This document shows positions 24,201 through 34,964 of a stretch of 64,000 nucleotides of DNA, piece after piece (position 1 is the first letter of the stretch; each line of letters starts with the position of its first letter). A program made the translations under genes and the position numbers. The stretch lies in contig NC_092676.1 in the NCBI RefSeq assembly GCF_964355755.1, positions 8,223,888-8,287,887 on the forward strand. The letters run 5' to 3'. The DNA is from Antedon mediterranea (taxonomy: Eukaryota > Animalia > Echinodermata). The notes under the pieces are model-generated. The model ran no database searches. It was not told the DNA's origin and was given only the letters and a program-made list of their open reading frames with translations.

Positions 24201-27200
24201 CTATTCAGAAAGAGTGTGTAAAATACTGGTATGTAAATAGAAGATGCTACTGTATGCAAATTAAAATACAGTATTATGATACAGAACCAAATAGGTAAAC
24301 AAAATGTACCTCAGCTGATAGGCTTGGGGTTGCTATGGTGGAAAGATAATGTTCTGTTGTTTCCATTGATGACAATACTTCTATCTCGGTGACATATACT
24401 GTTGACAACAATTCAGTAGTGTTCATGGATAGACTGTCACTTAATTGGGAACCTACAGAGAAAAATAAATGTTTACTCATGCCATTCTAAATAATTGTTT
24501 ATCTATCATAACATACTGAAGTTCTCCTTGGCTATTGTTAGTCGCGTGGAAGCGACTCTATAGTTCACTATGTCGGTCGGTCGGTCTGTCTGTCTGTCTG
24601 TCTGTCGGTCTGTCTGTCGGTCTGTCTGTCGGTCTGTCTGTCTGTCTGTCTGTCGGTCCGGTATCACTATGCGTTTTATCGCTTTATGACCTTATCTTGA
24701 TATCAGTTTAATCTAGCTAAGTCAATTTTTCACAGAATATTCCTTATGGCCAGGAATCGATGTGGTTATGTTTTCACGGTGCGCAATAAAAAATTACGCG
24801 GTCTACGCACGATTTAACGAAATCACGTTTGTAATCATATCTTAAAAACCATGAATCACAATTAAATAAAATTTGGTACTCATAAATTTCAGGGCATAAA
24901 TCATCATATGGCAATACAATTACGTGCGTAGCGCATGTAACGCATGCGTACGCGCGCTTAAAATTTTCAAAATTTATTTTCGATGAAATAAGAGTACGTT
25001 TCAGGCAATTTTAAGCGTTTACAAAATTGCCATGAGTGCGCAGATTTTTGCGCGCGCACTGCGCGTTAAATGTTATTGCGCACTCTTTTTACCCGATTTC
25101 TGTTTTCTTGACTTACTTTTCAACTCGAAATTACGTTATACGAGCACGTCAAAAGTGACAGGCTACGCACGTGTAAATTAAAAAAATATATATGTTTTTA
25201 AACATTTCAACATTTTTAAACATGTTCAGTAATTTCGGTCAGTATAGTTCACTATGTCGGTCGGTCCGTCTGTCTGTCGGTCTGTCTGTCTGTCGGTCCG
25301 GTATCACTATGCATTGTAGCACGCGACTTAATGGCTGTTGGCCTTGTTGGTTTATCCAGGTAAGCCTGACAGAGACAACTTGGCACATGGACCAAGAGTG
25401 GCAGTGCTGTAGCCATGAAAAATAAAGTGGTACAGTGATCGCAAGGAAAGGGAACAATCTCTGTGCAGGCCACATGGTTATCAAACGACTCTGTGAAAAA
25501 GTCAGATGGTACCTTTACCAATCGTACTGTGATTGGCCCATTTAGGCTTAGTTTTTACCCGTTAAGTTGGTTCCTACCTACTAAGTTAGCAATAACTGTG
25601 TCTTATACAGCTTTACCTGGATAGGCCTAAACAAGTCAATCGCCTATTCTCCTCAAAGCGCAACTTAAAACTCAAAAAAAAAAACAAGAATAAAAAATTA
25701 AAACGCCTCAAATGGAGCACCCCACAGCCCACTTTTCAAGACATGGAAAAGTATATATGTCTGACGTACAACTCGCTCTTTGATGAGAACATGATATTGT
25801 AGGTAATCTGCACGAAAAAGACATTCACTACTGATGTCTACTGACGTCATAATTGGCTTATAAAAACAAATATTTATCATGCGTATTGTCAAGCTAGAAA
25901 TATTCAATGTATTGATTTTTCACTCCTTCCGTTTAATTCAGCCACTTCAACAGTAATATCAATTACCGTCTTCATTAAGCAAAGCCGAGTTACGAATTAG
26001 CGAATCATAAAGCAATACCAATAGGAAGGTGTATTCAGGCTGTTAATTAACAGTATGACATGATGATTAAATCTTTCTGAAGAATCAATCAATTTTTCTT
26101 TAGATCTATTATATAAGATTGTATCATATCAAAATATCAGTAATATCAATATCAAATTTAATAGTATATTATGGTTTTGATTGAGATTAAAAAAAATGTT
26201 ATTTGTATCTTTATTGAAATCCAGCCATTGTTGCAAAACGATGTGTTTAAAAGTCACTCTCGAAAATTATGGTATACAAATGCCAACGTTATGTCAATGG
26301 CTACCAAATGGCTCTCTAAAGACAGTTACTTGAACCAGTACCATTGATACCCACAGCACTGTCATTTTTTTTCCTGTAATTTTCTTTCAGATTCAATACA
26401 AAAAATTATCTTATAAGAAATTTATTATTGAACTTTTACATTGCCGACTTAAATTAATTTCTGTATGTGGATGCAGAAACAAATTTTTTTCGGAATTTCG
26501 GCACAAGCTGTGAACTTTCGTAATGCCAACAACCAGAGAATACAGGTAGAATTTTCTCTAAATGTATGTGATGCTTAGTTTTGCTTGTAATTGTCACACT
26601 GTTTTGGTGAATAGCTTTGTTTTCTATTTCAACAAGCAATAGCTCTCACAATAGCAAACATGATGTTATTATCACAACAGCTGCTGTAGTAAGCAATGTT
26701 GTGTCGAAAAAAAAATAAGGTGCAGGCTAAGTACACCGGGGTAACCCCTAGTTGTGCACACAAGCAATGTGTGTACACTAGACCTACGATTTATAGTTAC
26801 AAGAAAAACAAAATTTAAAAAAAAAAATTTATCTGAGAAGAATTGTTCTACCACCATGAAACGAATGAGCCTTCAACCCTTGCTGATGTTGTAGCTGGAT
26901 AACAGTTCCACTGTCTAAACCGCTCGGCCACTGACTCTAGTCATGAAACAGACACAGAAACTTCAATGCGCGTCATTCACGACATCAACAATAGGGTGCG
27001 CATTGGTACTACACACAATTTTGCAGGCCCAACCTATGCCCTTATCAATCAGAAACCGTGCGAGAAATATCACTTCATGTATAATAACTTCCCGCCGGGC
27101 AATACAAAATATGAATTGAATGCAAAGCCAAAATACTGTACATCCAAATATCAACAGAAATGTTCGGGTTTGCTGGATAAAGCCAATATTAATGAAATGG

Positions 27201-30200
27201 TACCCATCCCAATTGTCACTCATATTATTTCATGCTAAAAGAACAAATTAGACTAAATAACAGTGTACATTTTTAATTCATGACAAGTTAAATCTCGCTC
27301 ATCTTGAGCTAACACCTGGTGTGTTCTATATGTCAACAATACACTATACACTTTACTGTACAGTAGTTGGATAGAATGCCAAAGACTTCTTAATATCTTT
27401 ATGTGCTCTAAAATATTGATTACTATACAAACTATATATTATTATTTATGATGTATCAAGTTTGTTTGATGTCATAGTAACAAAATCACAATAATCCTCA
27501 AGGTTTAATTACTACACTTTTCAATTTATTAAATTCTATTTAAATATATGAAAAAAAATGTTACTATATTATTAGTATTTGATGATTAATTGACTGACAC
27601 GTAGTACAGTAGTAGTAATGTAGTTATTCAGCATATTCTTAATTTTTCAATAATTGATATTCTGAAATATTTCTGCTGGTAATGGTATTGTGATTCTACT
27701 GTTTTGTATATCTATTCCTTTGTATTTGCCTTACGTAAATTGTCAACTATTATTTATAAATTAATATTTTTAAGTTTTAATTAATACAGACAAAAAAATC
27801 TGGAAAACGTGTATTTGTTTTGGTATGTACTATTTATATTTATATAACACCTATATAAATTCCTGTCATTTGATTGGACGAATGTGGGTCACATGGCGTG
27901 CAATAGTACGCACTATTCAACGATCGTTAAATAGTACTTTTTGAAACATTTTTGTGTACGAAAAAAAAACGTCTAGATGTTATATAAAACAAATAATGAA
28001 TGTTTTGTATTCGTGTAATGGTACAAATAATGGCACTTGGTGAATGATGAAAGGTTATATCAACTCGGCTTTGCCTCGTTGATATAACCTTTCATCATTC
28101 ACCTCGTGCCATTATTTGTACCATTGCACTCATAAACATTCATTATTTGTATAATATACTATATTACATTTTAATATATAACAGATTTTTTAATACTATC
28201 TGACTGTGGCCATCATTTTTTTCATAATTTATAGAACAAAATGAAACTTGTGTGTGTGATCACCTCTTGAAACACAAAGTAACTTTTAATATTTTCTTTG
28301 TTATAATAGATTCCTTTAAAGAAATTGTACTTGATACATTTTACTTATTAAAACTAATCACATGTGTGATGTTCATAGCCGTAGAAATGAAACATTGAAT
28401 ATACAGTACATAACATTTAATGTTGATAAAAACCTTTTAACACTACTTTATCTGCTATGTTCTATAGTCTAGTGGAAAAAATGTATTTGGTTTTTTTAAT
28501 ATACGGCTAAATTTTGAAAAAAACCAACTAATATCATTTTTTTTTAACTGAGTGAAGAAAAATATGTTCTATGATTCTGTTGTAAAATGCAATTCATTTT
28601 TTTAAATACTATACTTTAAAAAGACAGTATGTAATTCTAAAAATAACTTGTATCCTTAAAAAAAGGAACCACACTCTATGCAACATATTATTGAATAAAA
28701 TTGGCAAATTTAATTTATGGTGTTAAAGATATATTGTCCGCCCAAAACATGAAAAATGAAGATTAATAAAATCTGACGTTGAATAGGTTATTTTATAGTT
28801 TTAACAAAGTTAAATGTTTTCACATGTAAAAAGACAAAATAAACAGTTAAATTCAACAACAAAAACCTATTGGCAGCCAATTTGACTATTTTTTTCCTTT
28901 TGATTATTGTTTTTTTTTCAGGTAAATTATGTGTTTTTAGAATAAATATTATGTGACATTAAAATGGCATATTCAACGAAAAAATGTTTAAAAATTATTT
29001 TTTGTGGGTAACAATACTTTAATTATTATAATTTACAGTAAATTCTGAAACATAAATTACACAAACCAACAGTGGTGTTGGTAGTCTATGAGTGCCGCTT
29101 ACCTGGATAAACCAACATAAGCCTCTCTCTCCGACGAGAGGTAAACATTACGAAAAGAAGAACATTAATAACATTAATTTTTCCCCACCCCCGTCGGATA
29201 ATGGATCAGTCCGCCACCAGTACGCCCTCAAGTGAGACACACCCACTTATCATCGTCATCATTTCTCAAGACCACCTGCCTGAGGGGACGGTAGGGAGGG
29301 CGTTTATCCAGGTAAGCGGCACTCATAGACTACCAACACCACTGTTGGTTTGTGTAGTCTATATCGTGCCTAGCTTACCTGGATAAACCAACATAAGCCA
29401 GTGTAGCACCGGACTAGAGTCTAGTCGGAGGCGGGAGGCAAGGTAAACATTGTCATACGTACCTAGTGCCTGGGCTTCAAGATTGAAGCTGCCACCGTAG
29501 ACTGGTTTGCGGAGGTATCCGACAGGTAGTGGGATGTGAAGGTGGACTGTGATCGCCACCATGCCGCTTGCAAGATGTCTGGAAGGGGCACCCCAGCAAA
29601 CAGCGCCCATGAAGCGGCTATGCCACGCACTTGGTGCATATGTGCCGGAGGAGGCGTATTTGTGGAGTCGTAACCAGCCCGGATGGCTGCCACGACCCAG
29701 TTTGCCAGCGTCGACCGAGCAGCCGGTCGGAAGGGTGCAACAGTCGATACGAACAGATGTGACGCTGAGACCCGAATGGACTCTGTGCGTTTGATGTAAA
29801 ACTTTAGTGCCCGCACTGGGCACCAAAATCTGTCTTCCTCAACCCCTGAACATGCAGCAATGGTGGGAATGAACGCATTCGTTGGAACCACTTTGTGTAG
29901 AGAGTCTGATCTTGGGCGGTATGCTGCCAGAAGGTGCAGATGTAGAGGCCGCATCCTTAACCGGCAGAACGGAACGAGGGCGACGAAGCTGGCCAGTGAC
30001 CCCAAGGTGCGTAGCCAGTCGTACGCCGTCGGAGCCTGAGCATTGATAAGATGTAGCACTGCAGTTCTTGCCTTGGCCACACGCTCGATGGATGGGCACG
30101 CACGGCCCGTAACCAAATTTATTTGGGCTCCGAGATACAGAGGGTTCTGAGAAGGGAGAAGAATAGAGCAAGAAAACGAAGCTAAGTGTAGTAGATCGTA

Positions 30201-33200
30201 ATGTTTACCTCTCGTCGGAGAGAGAGGCTTATGTTGGTTTATCCAGGTAAGCTAGGCACGATATAGACTTTAGTATTGTGAAGGTATTTATGTGTGTGTA
30301 GTTCCATGCCAGTTCAGATATATCATTTTGTTATTGAACCTCCATGGTTGCTTAGTGAGTTGCTATGGAAATTAACAGTTGCTTGAACTTTGGTCAAAAT
30401 CAATTACTCATGTGGGTATATTATACAACCAACAGTTATCTCAGTTACGTTGAGTGTATATTTAATAAACTCTACATGAATATCACACTTTGAATACAGT
30501 TAATTGTTTACAAAATACTATTATTCTATTTACAGTACTTTTGTTTTGGCAACAATCACTTAGTTTTTCTATGGGTTGAACCAAAAGATAGCTTAACGGC
30601 ATTTAAATTTAAATCATTTGTTTTACTGAATATTTTATAGTTTTGCTGGTCTAAATGAATTCCTATCTTTCAGTGCTTTACATCCATTTATGTTTTCAAA
30701 CCAAATTTGAACAAATGCCAAATATTCCAGTTCTGAATTTTTAATTTAAAATTAATATCACAATTATAATTTTGGACTTAAGACAACAAAATAGACAATT
30801 AATGATAATGAAATATTCACCATTCAGTATTCACCAAAAAGTACAAAACAAGTTAACTGGTTGAAGGTTGAAAATCTTCATTAAAAATATTCTGCCTAAA
30901 ATCCTTTGCCATTTTACTTGATCTCTGTTCTACAGTAATTCTCATGAATTCTTCTACTCTCATTGATGTCATCCACCATCATCAAAGCTTTGCGTAGCCT
31001 GTACGCCTTGCGCAGCCTACGCCTTGCGTGTGAACTAGACAGTGGCGTTATTAACGCAACTCACTACGTCACGTCCTTGGCGTTATTAATGACAGCTATA
31101 TACCCATCTTAACTAACGCCACGGACCTAACTCCAGTGATGCTTGAATAATTTTTACCTTAAGATAGTTACCTAAACTTGTTTGTGTTATATGTATTTTA
31201 CTATATGTATTTTTAAACGATACTTGGACAGTTTCGTTTTTTAAAGCCATTTATTAATATACGAAAACACCGTACGTGTGAACAACTTGGCATTTTAATC
31301 CATGGCTTAGCATTGGCATAAGTCATGCCAGTCTTATTATGCCGTACATGTGAACGTACCCTTAATCTTTTTTTCTCTTGGAACCTTCCCTTCCATTCAT
31401 CATTCCAATACTTTAAGTAAAACACACATGTCTCAGAATATATCTATGCCATTAGTTTCTTTTCTTGGTTACAATTAATGGCTTTTTTGTTCAATTGATG
31501 ACGTTCAAAGAGCTCCACATTGGTCAACTTATCTGTTTATTTTAAGTTCTGTCTACACTTTCAAACTTGATGTGCTCATAATAATATGGAACTGATGTCA
31601 TATCATTACCTAATTTGGGCATACATATTTTTTGTCAAATTTGATAGTGCAGATAGAGCTTTACAATAGACAGCGTTAGTTATACTGTTGCTACAATATA
31701 CAGTACTACACTATAACTACTACAAATAAGTGTGATATTTATAATTATATTAGTTTAGTATTAAACAATTACCTGACAAACTGTAATCAAGTTAACAGAA
31801 ACATTATTTTTTTAATTTACTGGTTAAATTTAACAGTTTTAAAATTTTCTTTTTTTTTTACAACACAATCCCCTTTTTCAGGAAAACTGAATAACTTTGA
31901 TAATAAATCTACAAAATGACCTACAGTATTCAAAGTTTGATTTTATTATTAAAGCTCATGTACAAGCATGAATTTTAAATATAATATCTGGTTAATTGTA
32001 TATAAATCAAATATTTGTAACTGAAATCAAGACGAAAAAACATGAATTTCTCTTAATTTGGTCAAATACAAAATTTGGCAAAATTCTGCCATAAAAACCA
32101 GGAAGACTTTTTTTCAGTAGTTAGGTAGTTTAACCTAATGTAATAACATGTCTGGTGACTCCCTAGAAGGTGAAAAAAGATGGTGGATATACGGTGGATA
32201 ATTTTTGCTATAGCATGTAAATAAAAATCTGAATTTGAAAAAAAAGGCCGCACCTAGCCTTTAAATCTTTATTTTTCATGTTTTAGGGAACAAAAATAAT
32301 CATTCTTTCTTATTAATAAGAACATAAATAAGAAAGAAATATAAGATTTATTACATTAACATAGAATTAATTACATTGCTTAACAAATCCTGTTACACTT
32401 TCAACAGATACTAAATTGATATTAATTATCCTATTAAAATAATGCAATATACATGTAACATAAGGACGCTATTGAAGTTGAAACAGACGATGATACGACC
32501 TAATGAAGCAGATGATTCCTAAAACACAAAAGGTGCTTTATAATGAAGAGAGTTGTGTAATGCAGTAAAATCAATACATATTGTACAGCATAACTAAGAA
32601 AATATTGAACTTCTCCATAGACAGAATTAAATGAGCAAATAGTTGTATTCTTAAATAATTACCTGCATGATTTACTACCTTAATGACAGCTTACTGTATG
32701 TAAGTCAATTTGGTATTTTAGGGAAAACATGAAATTATAGTAACTAAGGTTTCTATGTTGTCTATAGTATAGTATAGTATATATAGTACAGCCATCAAAA
32801 AATCTGTCGTATAGTATACGAGAGCTTTTTAGATGGCTGGTGCTAAATATAATTAAAATTAAAAATAACTTTCTAAGCATGGAGTAAGATATATTTTTAG
32901 ATACAGAGTATATATATATATGATTAGTAAAACTAAATATTTAAGGAGAAAATGTTGTAATGTATATTACAGTAAAGATGTATTGTCCCCACAAAAACAT
33001 GAAAAATGAAGTATTAATACCCATCAGATTTTTTAACAAAGAAAGAAAAAACAGTGTCTTCACTTATAAAATTCAACAGAAATTCATTCTATTTTTTTGC
33101 ATTAAATTTCATTTCCTCAGGTAAATAATTTTTTTGTTATGTTGAATTTTTTTTATCAAAGTGAATAATTTAATATTATGGAACATCAAAATGGCCTATT

Positions 33201-34946
33201 AAAAATAAAATGTGAAAAACTTTTATATATGGAACCATGGTTTCTGCAGCCAAACAACAATAACTGTTGATTAAGTTTTTGATAAACTTACATTAGATGT
33301 ATTGTCCCCTAAACAAATTCTTAACAAAATATTGTTGTTGAATATGCCATTTTAATTACATAAAATAATAGTTATCCACTTTGACCAAAAATTGGATCAA
33401 ACAAAATGTATTTACCCAAAAAACTGCAATTTAAAGCAAAAAATAGTCAAATTGGCTGCCAGCCATGGGTTTTTGGTTGAATTTAACTGTTTATTTTGTC
33501 GTTTTATTTCCTTTTCATCATTCATAGAAACAAATTTAAAAACCTTCATATTATACAATTGTCTTAAATGAATGTTATCCCGACCCTGGACTGTACCATA
33601 CAGTAATTGCATTCTACAATTTTGATGCGAAAAGTAAATGCTATAATAAATCCAAAATCAAAAGATTTATTTATAATATAAAAAGCAGCATACAATTTTT
33701 TAAATATCATCGATTTCTTTTCTATTTATAACAATTTTTTTTAAAAAAATGTTGAAAAATCAAATTGGTAAACTGAATTCGTTTTCAATCAATACTTATT
33801 CAGTTGCCATGTAAACCACAAATGTTCCCTGTGTAACATCTGTTGAGCACAGTATCTCATACAATATTGGATTTAGTTATTAGTTTTGTGTTCTCTCTCC
33901 TGTATGTGAATAGTGATATTTACAAAAGAGTCCAGCACAGCTTTTGCATAATCAAAAATCACTATCTGGCCTTTTATGTTATTTATTATACCCTAAAGCC
34001 ATGTATTAATAGTCAAATGGCCTTCCTCTTTTTTCAATGCTTTGCAGTAACTATATTGCGTGCTGTACTATAACCATTGAACATTATGTATGATAAAGCA
34101 ATTCCACATTGTATACAGTTGATTTCTGTACTATTAAATATTCCTAATATATTTTTTATATAGAATAACTTTAAAACAAATCAAGGCTATCTCCAAATAC
34201 ATACTGTATATATATAGAGATGTTATTTATCAATTCAATATATTATTTGAGTACACTAACAAGTTTATCCTATAAAATATTCAGATTTTAACAACTTACA
34301 ATTTAATAACTTAATAATAATACTAATAATAAAATTACAAGACACGTCCCGACATGAAAGCAAAATTAAAAATAAGTACACTGTAATGTTTTTCTATTAA
34401 CCATTTCATCTGTTATAACATGTATTGGCTAGAATGGCAATTTATAACCGACCATTGTTATGAAAAGTTGGGAAATATTTCTATATAGTTTTATCTCATA
34501 TTCAAAAATGAAATGATTACAAAATCTCTAAAGAACCATATGAAAATTTAATCTACAGAATACAAATATGCATACATTTTTTAATATGTAAAAGGGATTC
34601 TTAAGCTCTGTCTTACACACTATCAAACATTACTGTATGTGACAAAAAATGTGATGTGCCCATATATGGACATGATGATGTCACCACTATCCTATTTAAG
34701 CATTTAATTTACTACTTGGGCACATCACATTGTTTTTGTCATATACACTTTGATAGTGTATAGACAGAGCTTTAATATACATATACATTTTCTTTGTAGT
34801 TTACACACACACAATGATAAAATAATATGAAACTAAAACAACAAGCTATTATAGAAAATAAACAGCAACTTACCACAACATGGTATCAACCTTCCAATTG
34901 TCACCAAGACGAAAAAATAGGAAAGGAGCGATTTGGATTGGGACAT
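59..34946 (-). CDS. KIAA1549L: Multi-exon gene model (3'-incomplete): giant Ser/Thr-rich type-I membrane protein, UPF0606/KIAA1549-like
   Basis: Twelve GT-AG exons join in frame: 34946-34874, 24452-24310, 23503-18145, 17915-17818, 17410-14657, 14468-14316, 12826-12491, 12396-12244, 10398-10246, 5754-5609, 1081-967, 271-59 (9,696 nt, 3,232 codons). Architecture is signal peptide, mucin-like stalk, two SEA-like modules, TM helix, Pro/Ser/basic tail. The family name comes from architecture recognition, not a search. Confidence 0.7.
967..1081 (-). CDS. KIAA1549-like exon 11, cytoplasmic (KDTDLDEDIPVKIRASRKRSG...SHTEM)
   Basis: ttttag acceptor, gtttgt donor, 115 nt, phase 2-0, matches neighbouring exons. 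Confidence 0.8.
1355..1403. mobile_element. 49-bp internally deleted MITE remnant
   Basis: TIRs CAGGGAGTTGTTATT / AATAACAACTCCCTG flanked by a 7-bp duplication GTTTGAC (1348-1354, 1404-1410). Confidence 0.7.
2014..2943. mobile_element. Non-autonomous long-hairpin element (tentatively Crypton-like)
   Basis: Imperfect ~185-bp palindrome 2014-2199, then a body bounded by ATTATATAGCC ... GGCTATGTAAT. Mirror image of the architecture at 27840-28155. Confidence 0.55.
2944..5339 (+). mobile_element. Solo LTR (~1.2 kb net) interrupted by a LINE fragment
   Basis: Termini TGTCG...CGACA, 4-bp TSD TAAT (2940-2943, 5340-5343), AATAAA at ~5272 near the 3' end. Confidence 0.75.
3471..4670 (-). mobile_element. 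5'-truncated non-LTR retrotransposon (CR1/L2-group-like) RT C-terminus and 3' UTR
   Basis: Minus strand encodes GVPQGSLLGPLLFLLYINDI...LYADDTTL (~4520-4635), followed after a frameshift by ORF 3860-4417 (KFLGVYLD..LNWK..I...LYCSLILPYLTYCNIIWG...HNHSTR). Confidence 0.9.
5609..5754 (-). CDS. KIAA1549-like exon 10, juxtamembrane cytoplasmic (QTVDRAVSALELGRFKV...SQGTQM)
   Basis: aaatag acceptor, gtaagt donor, 146 nt, phase 0-2, open frame. Too short for the supplied ORF track. Confidence 0.8.
6080..6280. mobile_element. hAT-like MITE (second, inverted partial copy at ~7735-7924)
   Basis: TIRs CAGTG(G)CGTAAC / GTTATGCCACTG, 8-bp near-perfect TSD GTGTCTGG/GTGTCTTG. Confidence 0.7.
7471..7700 (+). 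mobile_element. tRNA-derived SINE, degenerate
   Basis: A-box-like head GAGTGGCCAGGCATTTAAGA. The body is homologous to the inverted copy at 26715-26940. Confidence 0.55.
8690..9330 (-). mobile_element. Penelope-like element 3' fragment (GIY-YIG endonuclease remnant)
   Basis: ORF 8922-9122 reads FKCMGCNSMYIVENNRRLSIRVGEHL...SHIFQHL, matching the CxxC-YIG-T-R-L-R-EH pattern of PLE endonucleases. Degenerate. Confidence 0.8.
8752..8798 (-). ncRNA. Degenerate minimal type-I hammerhead ribozyme motif
   Basis: Minus strand: TTACAGTT-CCGATGA-T-GAGAA-TAGAA-TTCTC-GAAA-CATG-TC-ACGTAA. Core CUGAUGA has a U4C change, stem II is GAGAA/TTCTC, stem III is palindromic ACATGT, and it lies downstream of the PLE ORF. 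Confidence 0.6.
10246..10398 (-). CDS. KIAA1549-like exon 9, transmembrane (FWIALAVVIIFILIFIAIAVYFYCKKR)
   Basis: tgccag acceptor, gtaagc donor, 153 nt, phase 0-0. About 24 hydrophobic residues followed by a CKKR stop-transfer. Confidence 0.9.
12080..12220. mobile_element. ~140-bp MITE family, PIF/Harbinger-like (other copies ~10046-10168, 31545-31661, 34604-34771)
   Basis: TIR AGCT(CT)GTCTACACTATCAAACT in TAA/TTA context; four copies in the window. Confidence 0.7.
12244..12396 (-). CDS. KIAA1549-like exon 8, second half of SEA-like module 2
   Basis: ttgcag/gtaaat, 153 nt, phase 0-0; ITDSRR...YIQFFVYSSQAVIDGETALDTYKRLTTEDMSAQLGYE. Confidence 0.88.
12491..12826 (-). CDS. KIAA1549-like exon 7, first half of SEA-like module 2 with RRKKR and RKKR sites
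   Basis: atatag/gtgagt, 336 nt, phase 0-0; coincides with ORF 12452-12823. Confidence 0.88.
14130..14195. mobile_element. Degenerate DIRS terminal-repeat remnant
   Basis: TATGTCGGTTTATCCAGGTAAGCTTGGCAC closely matches the terminus at 30230-30259. Confidence 0.6.
14316..14468 (-). CDS. KIAA1549-like exon 6, second half of SEA-like module 1
   Basis: attcag/gtaaat, 153 nt, phase 0-0; VTGVTRADDDATLTTANYYVVEDNAIVPADTVLNAYNQLNQSDYTDILPYE, paralogous to exon 8. Confidence 0.88.
14657..17410 (-). CDS. KIAA1549-like exon 5: Ser/Thr/Glu-rich stalk with 60-aa and 11-aa repeats, start of SEA-like module 1
   Basis: tttcag/gtgagt, 2,754 nt, phase 0-0, uninterrupted ORF. Confidence 0.92.
14980..15210 (-). 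repeat. Coding 33-nt repeats (QNQTSQPTTPQ and LLLDQTSPPTT variants)
   Basis: Direct 33-bp tandem copies; the QNQT type carries an NxT sequon in each copy. Confidence 0.9.
16260..17140 (-). repeat. Coding 180-nt (60-aa) tandem repeats, four near-identical plus degenerate copies
   Basis: TLFMTESVDVSLSSTQ.TPQLMETVTSIIPTEDNSYEYQTLT.IDSSEFSTILVE.Q recurs every 180 bp. Confidence 0.95.
17818..17915 (-). CDS. KIAA1549-like exon 4 (GVDSFDFMTEYITFTSTIEMTSVTPAASLVIQK)
   Basis: cttcag/gtaaga, 98 nt, phase 1-0, required to reconcile exons 3 and 5. An alternative in-frame acceptor lies 15 nt upstream. Confidence 0.8.
18145..23503 (-). CDS. KIAA1549-like exon 3: 5,359-nt mucin-like VNTR exon
   Basis: tcacag/gtgagc, phase 0-1, within the uninterrupted 1,803-aa ORF. 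Confidence 0.92.
18440..23220 (-). repeat. Coding minisatellite, ~40 copies of 120/114-nt units
   Basis: Unit TVQPSPSSAPVMSTGDINLMTSEVFETEFVTEIVSSIE(FE); length variants preserve frame. Confidence 0.97.
24310..24452 (-). CDS. KIAA1549-like exon 2 (GSQLSDSLSMNTTELL...SLSAE)
   Basis: ctgtag/gtacat, 143 nt, phase 1-0, same Ser/Thr/Glu composition as exon 3. Confidence 0.82.
24540..25348 (+). mobile_element. Helentron-associated non-autonomous element (HINE/DINE-1-like) with GTCT/GTCG microsatellites
   Basis: Subterminal inverted repeat AGTCGCGTG/CACGCGACT, two internal direct-repeat cores with (GTCY/GTCG)n, short 3' stem-loop GGCTGTTGGCC, TT insertion context. Confidence 0.7.
26715..26940 (-). 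mobile_element. tRNA-derived SINE
   Basis: Minus strand begins GAGTCAGTGGCCGAGCGGTTTAGAC (A box) with a degenerate B box; the body is shared with 7471-7700. Confidence 0.6.
27840..28155. mobile_element. Non-autonomous long-hairpin element (tentatively Crypton-like)
   Basis: Body bounded by TTATATAACACCT / AGATGTTATATAA, then a ~160-bp hairpin 27989-28150 with apex CTCGGCTTTGCCTCG. Confidence 0.65.
29059..30269 (-). mobile_element. Miniature, internally deleted DIRS1-type tyrosine-recombinase retroelement
   Basis: Perfect 57-bp ITR core (29097-29153 / 30196-30252) with different outer extensions. The internal complementary region 29302-29399 is complementary to both termini. GC-rich, with RT-linker and YR coding remnants. 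Confidence 0.93.
29463..30116 (-). pseudogene. In-frame fusion remnant of DIRS pol (RT-RNase H linker) and tyrosine recombinase C-terminus
   Basis: N-part WLRTLGSLAS..LVPFCRLRMRPL resembles the DIRS post-RT region. C-part CPVRALKFYI.RT..LFVS..STLANW..HQVR..SWA..ILQAA.W.S.STFTSHY is DIRS YR. The ORF starts at TTG, not ATG. Confidence 0.85.
34874..34946 (-). CDS. KIAA1549-like exon 1, signal peptide (MSQSKSLLSYFFVLVTIGRLIPCCG)
   Basis: ATG at 34946 (another in-frame ATG at 34964), hydrophobic core, strong G|gtaagt donor, phase 1 matches exon 2. Confidence 0.75.
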
Positions 34947-34964
34947 TGTTCGGTGAACAGTCAT

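Noticed and set aside
25192-25521. ORFs with DRQT/SVCL repeats
   Set aside because: They are translations of the GTCT/GTCG microsatellite of the HINE-like element.
29201-30171. Overlapping ORFs 29201-29386, 29359-29826, 29549-29794 and 29839-30171
   Set aside because: Alternative-frame by-products of the GC-rich DIRS remnant; only 29463-30116 has recognisable motifs.
32455-32520. Candidate extra exon of the KIAA1549-like gene in intron 1 (VVSSSVSTSIASL in one frame)
   Set aside because: In the required phase 1 it reaches a stop codon and has no good donor; exons 1 and 2 already join in frame.
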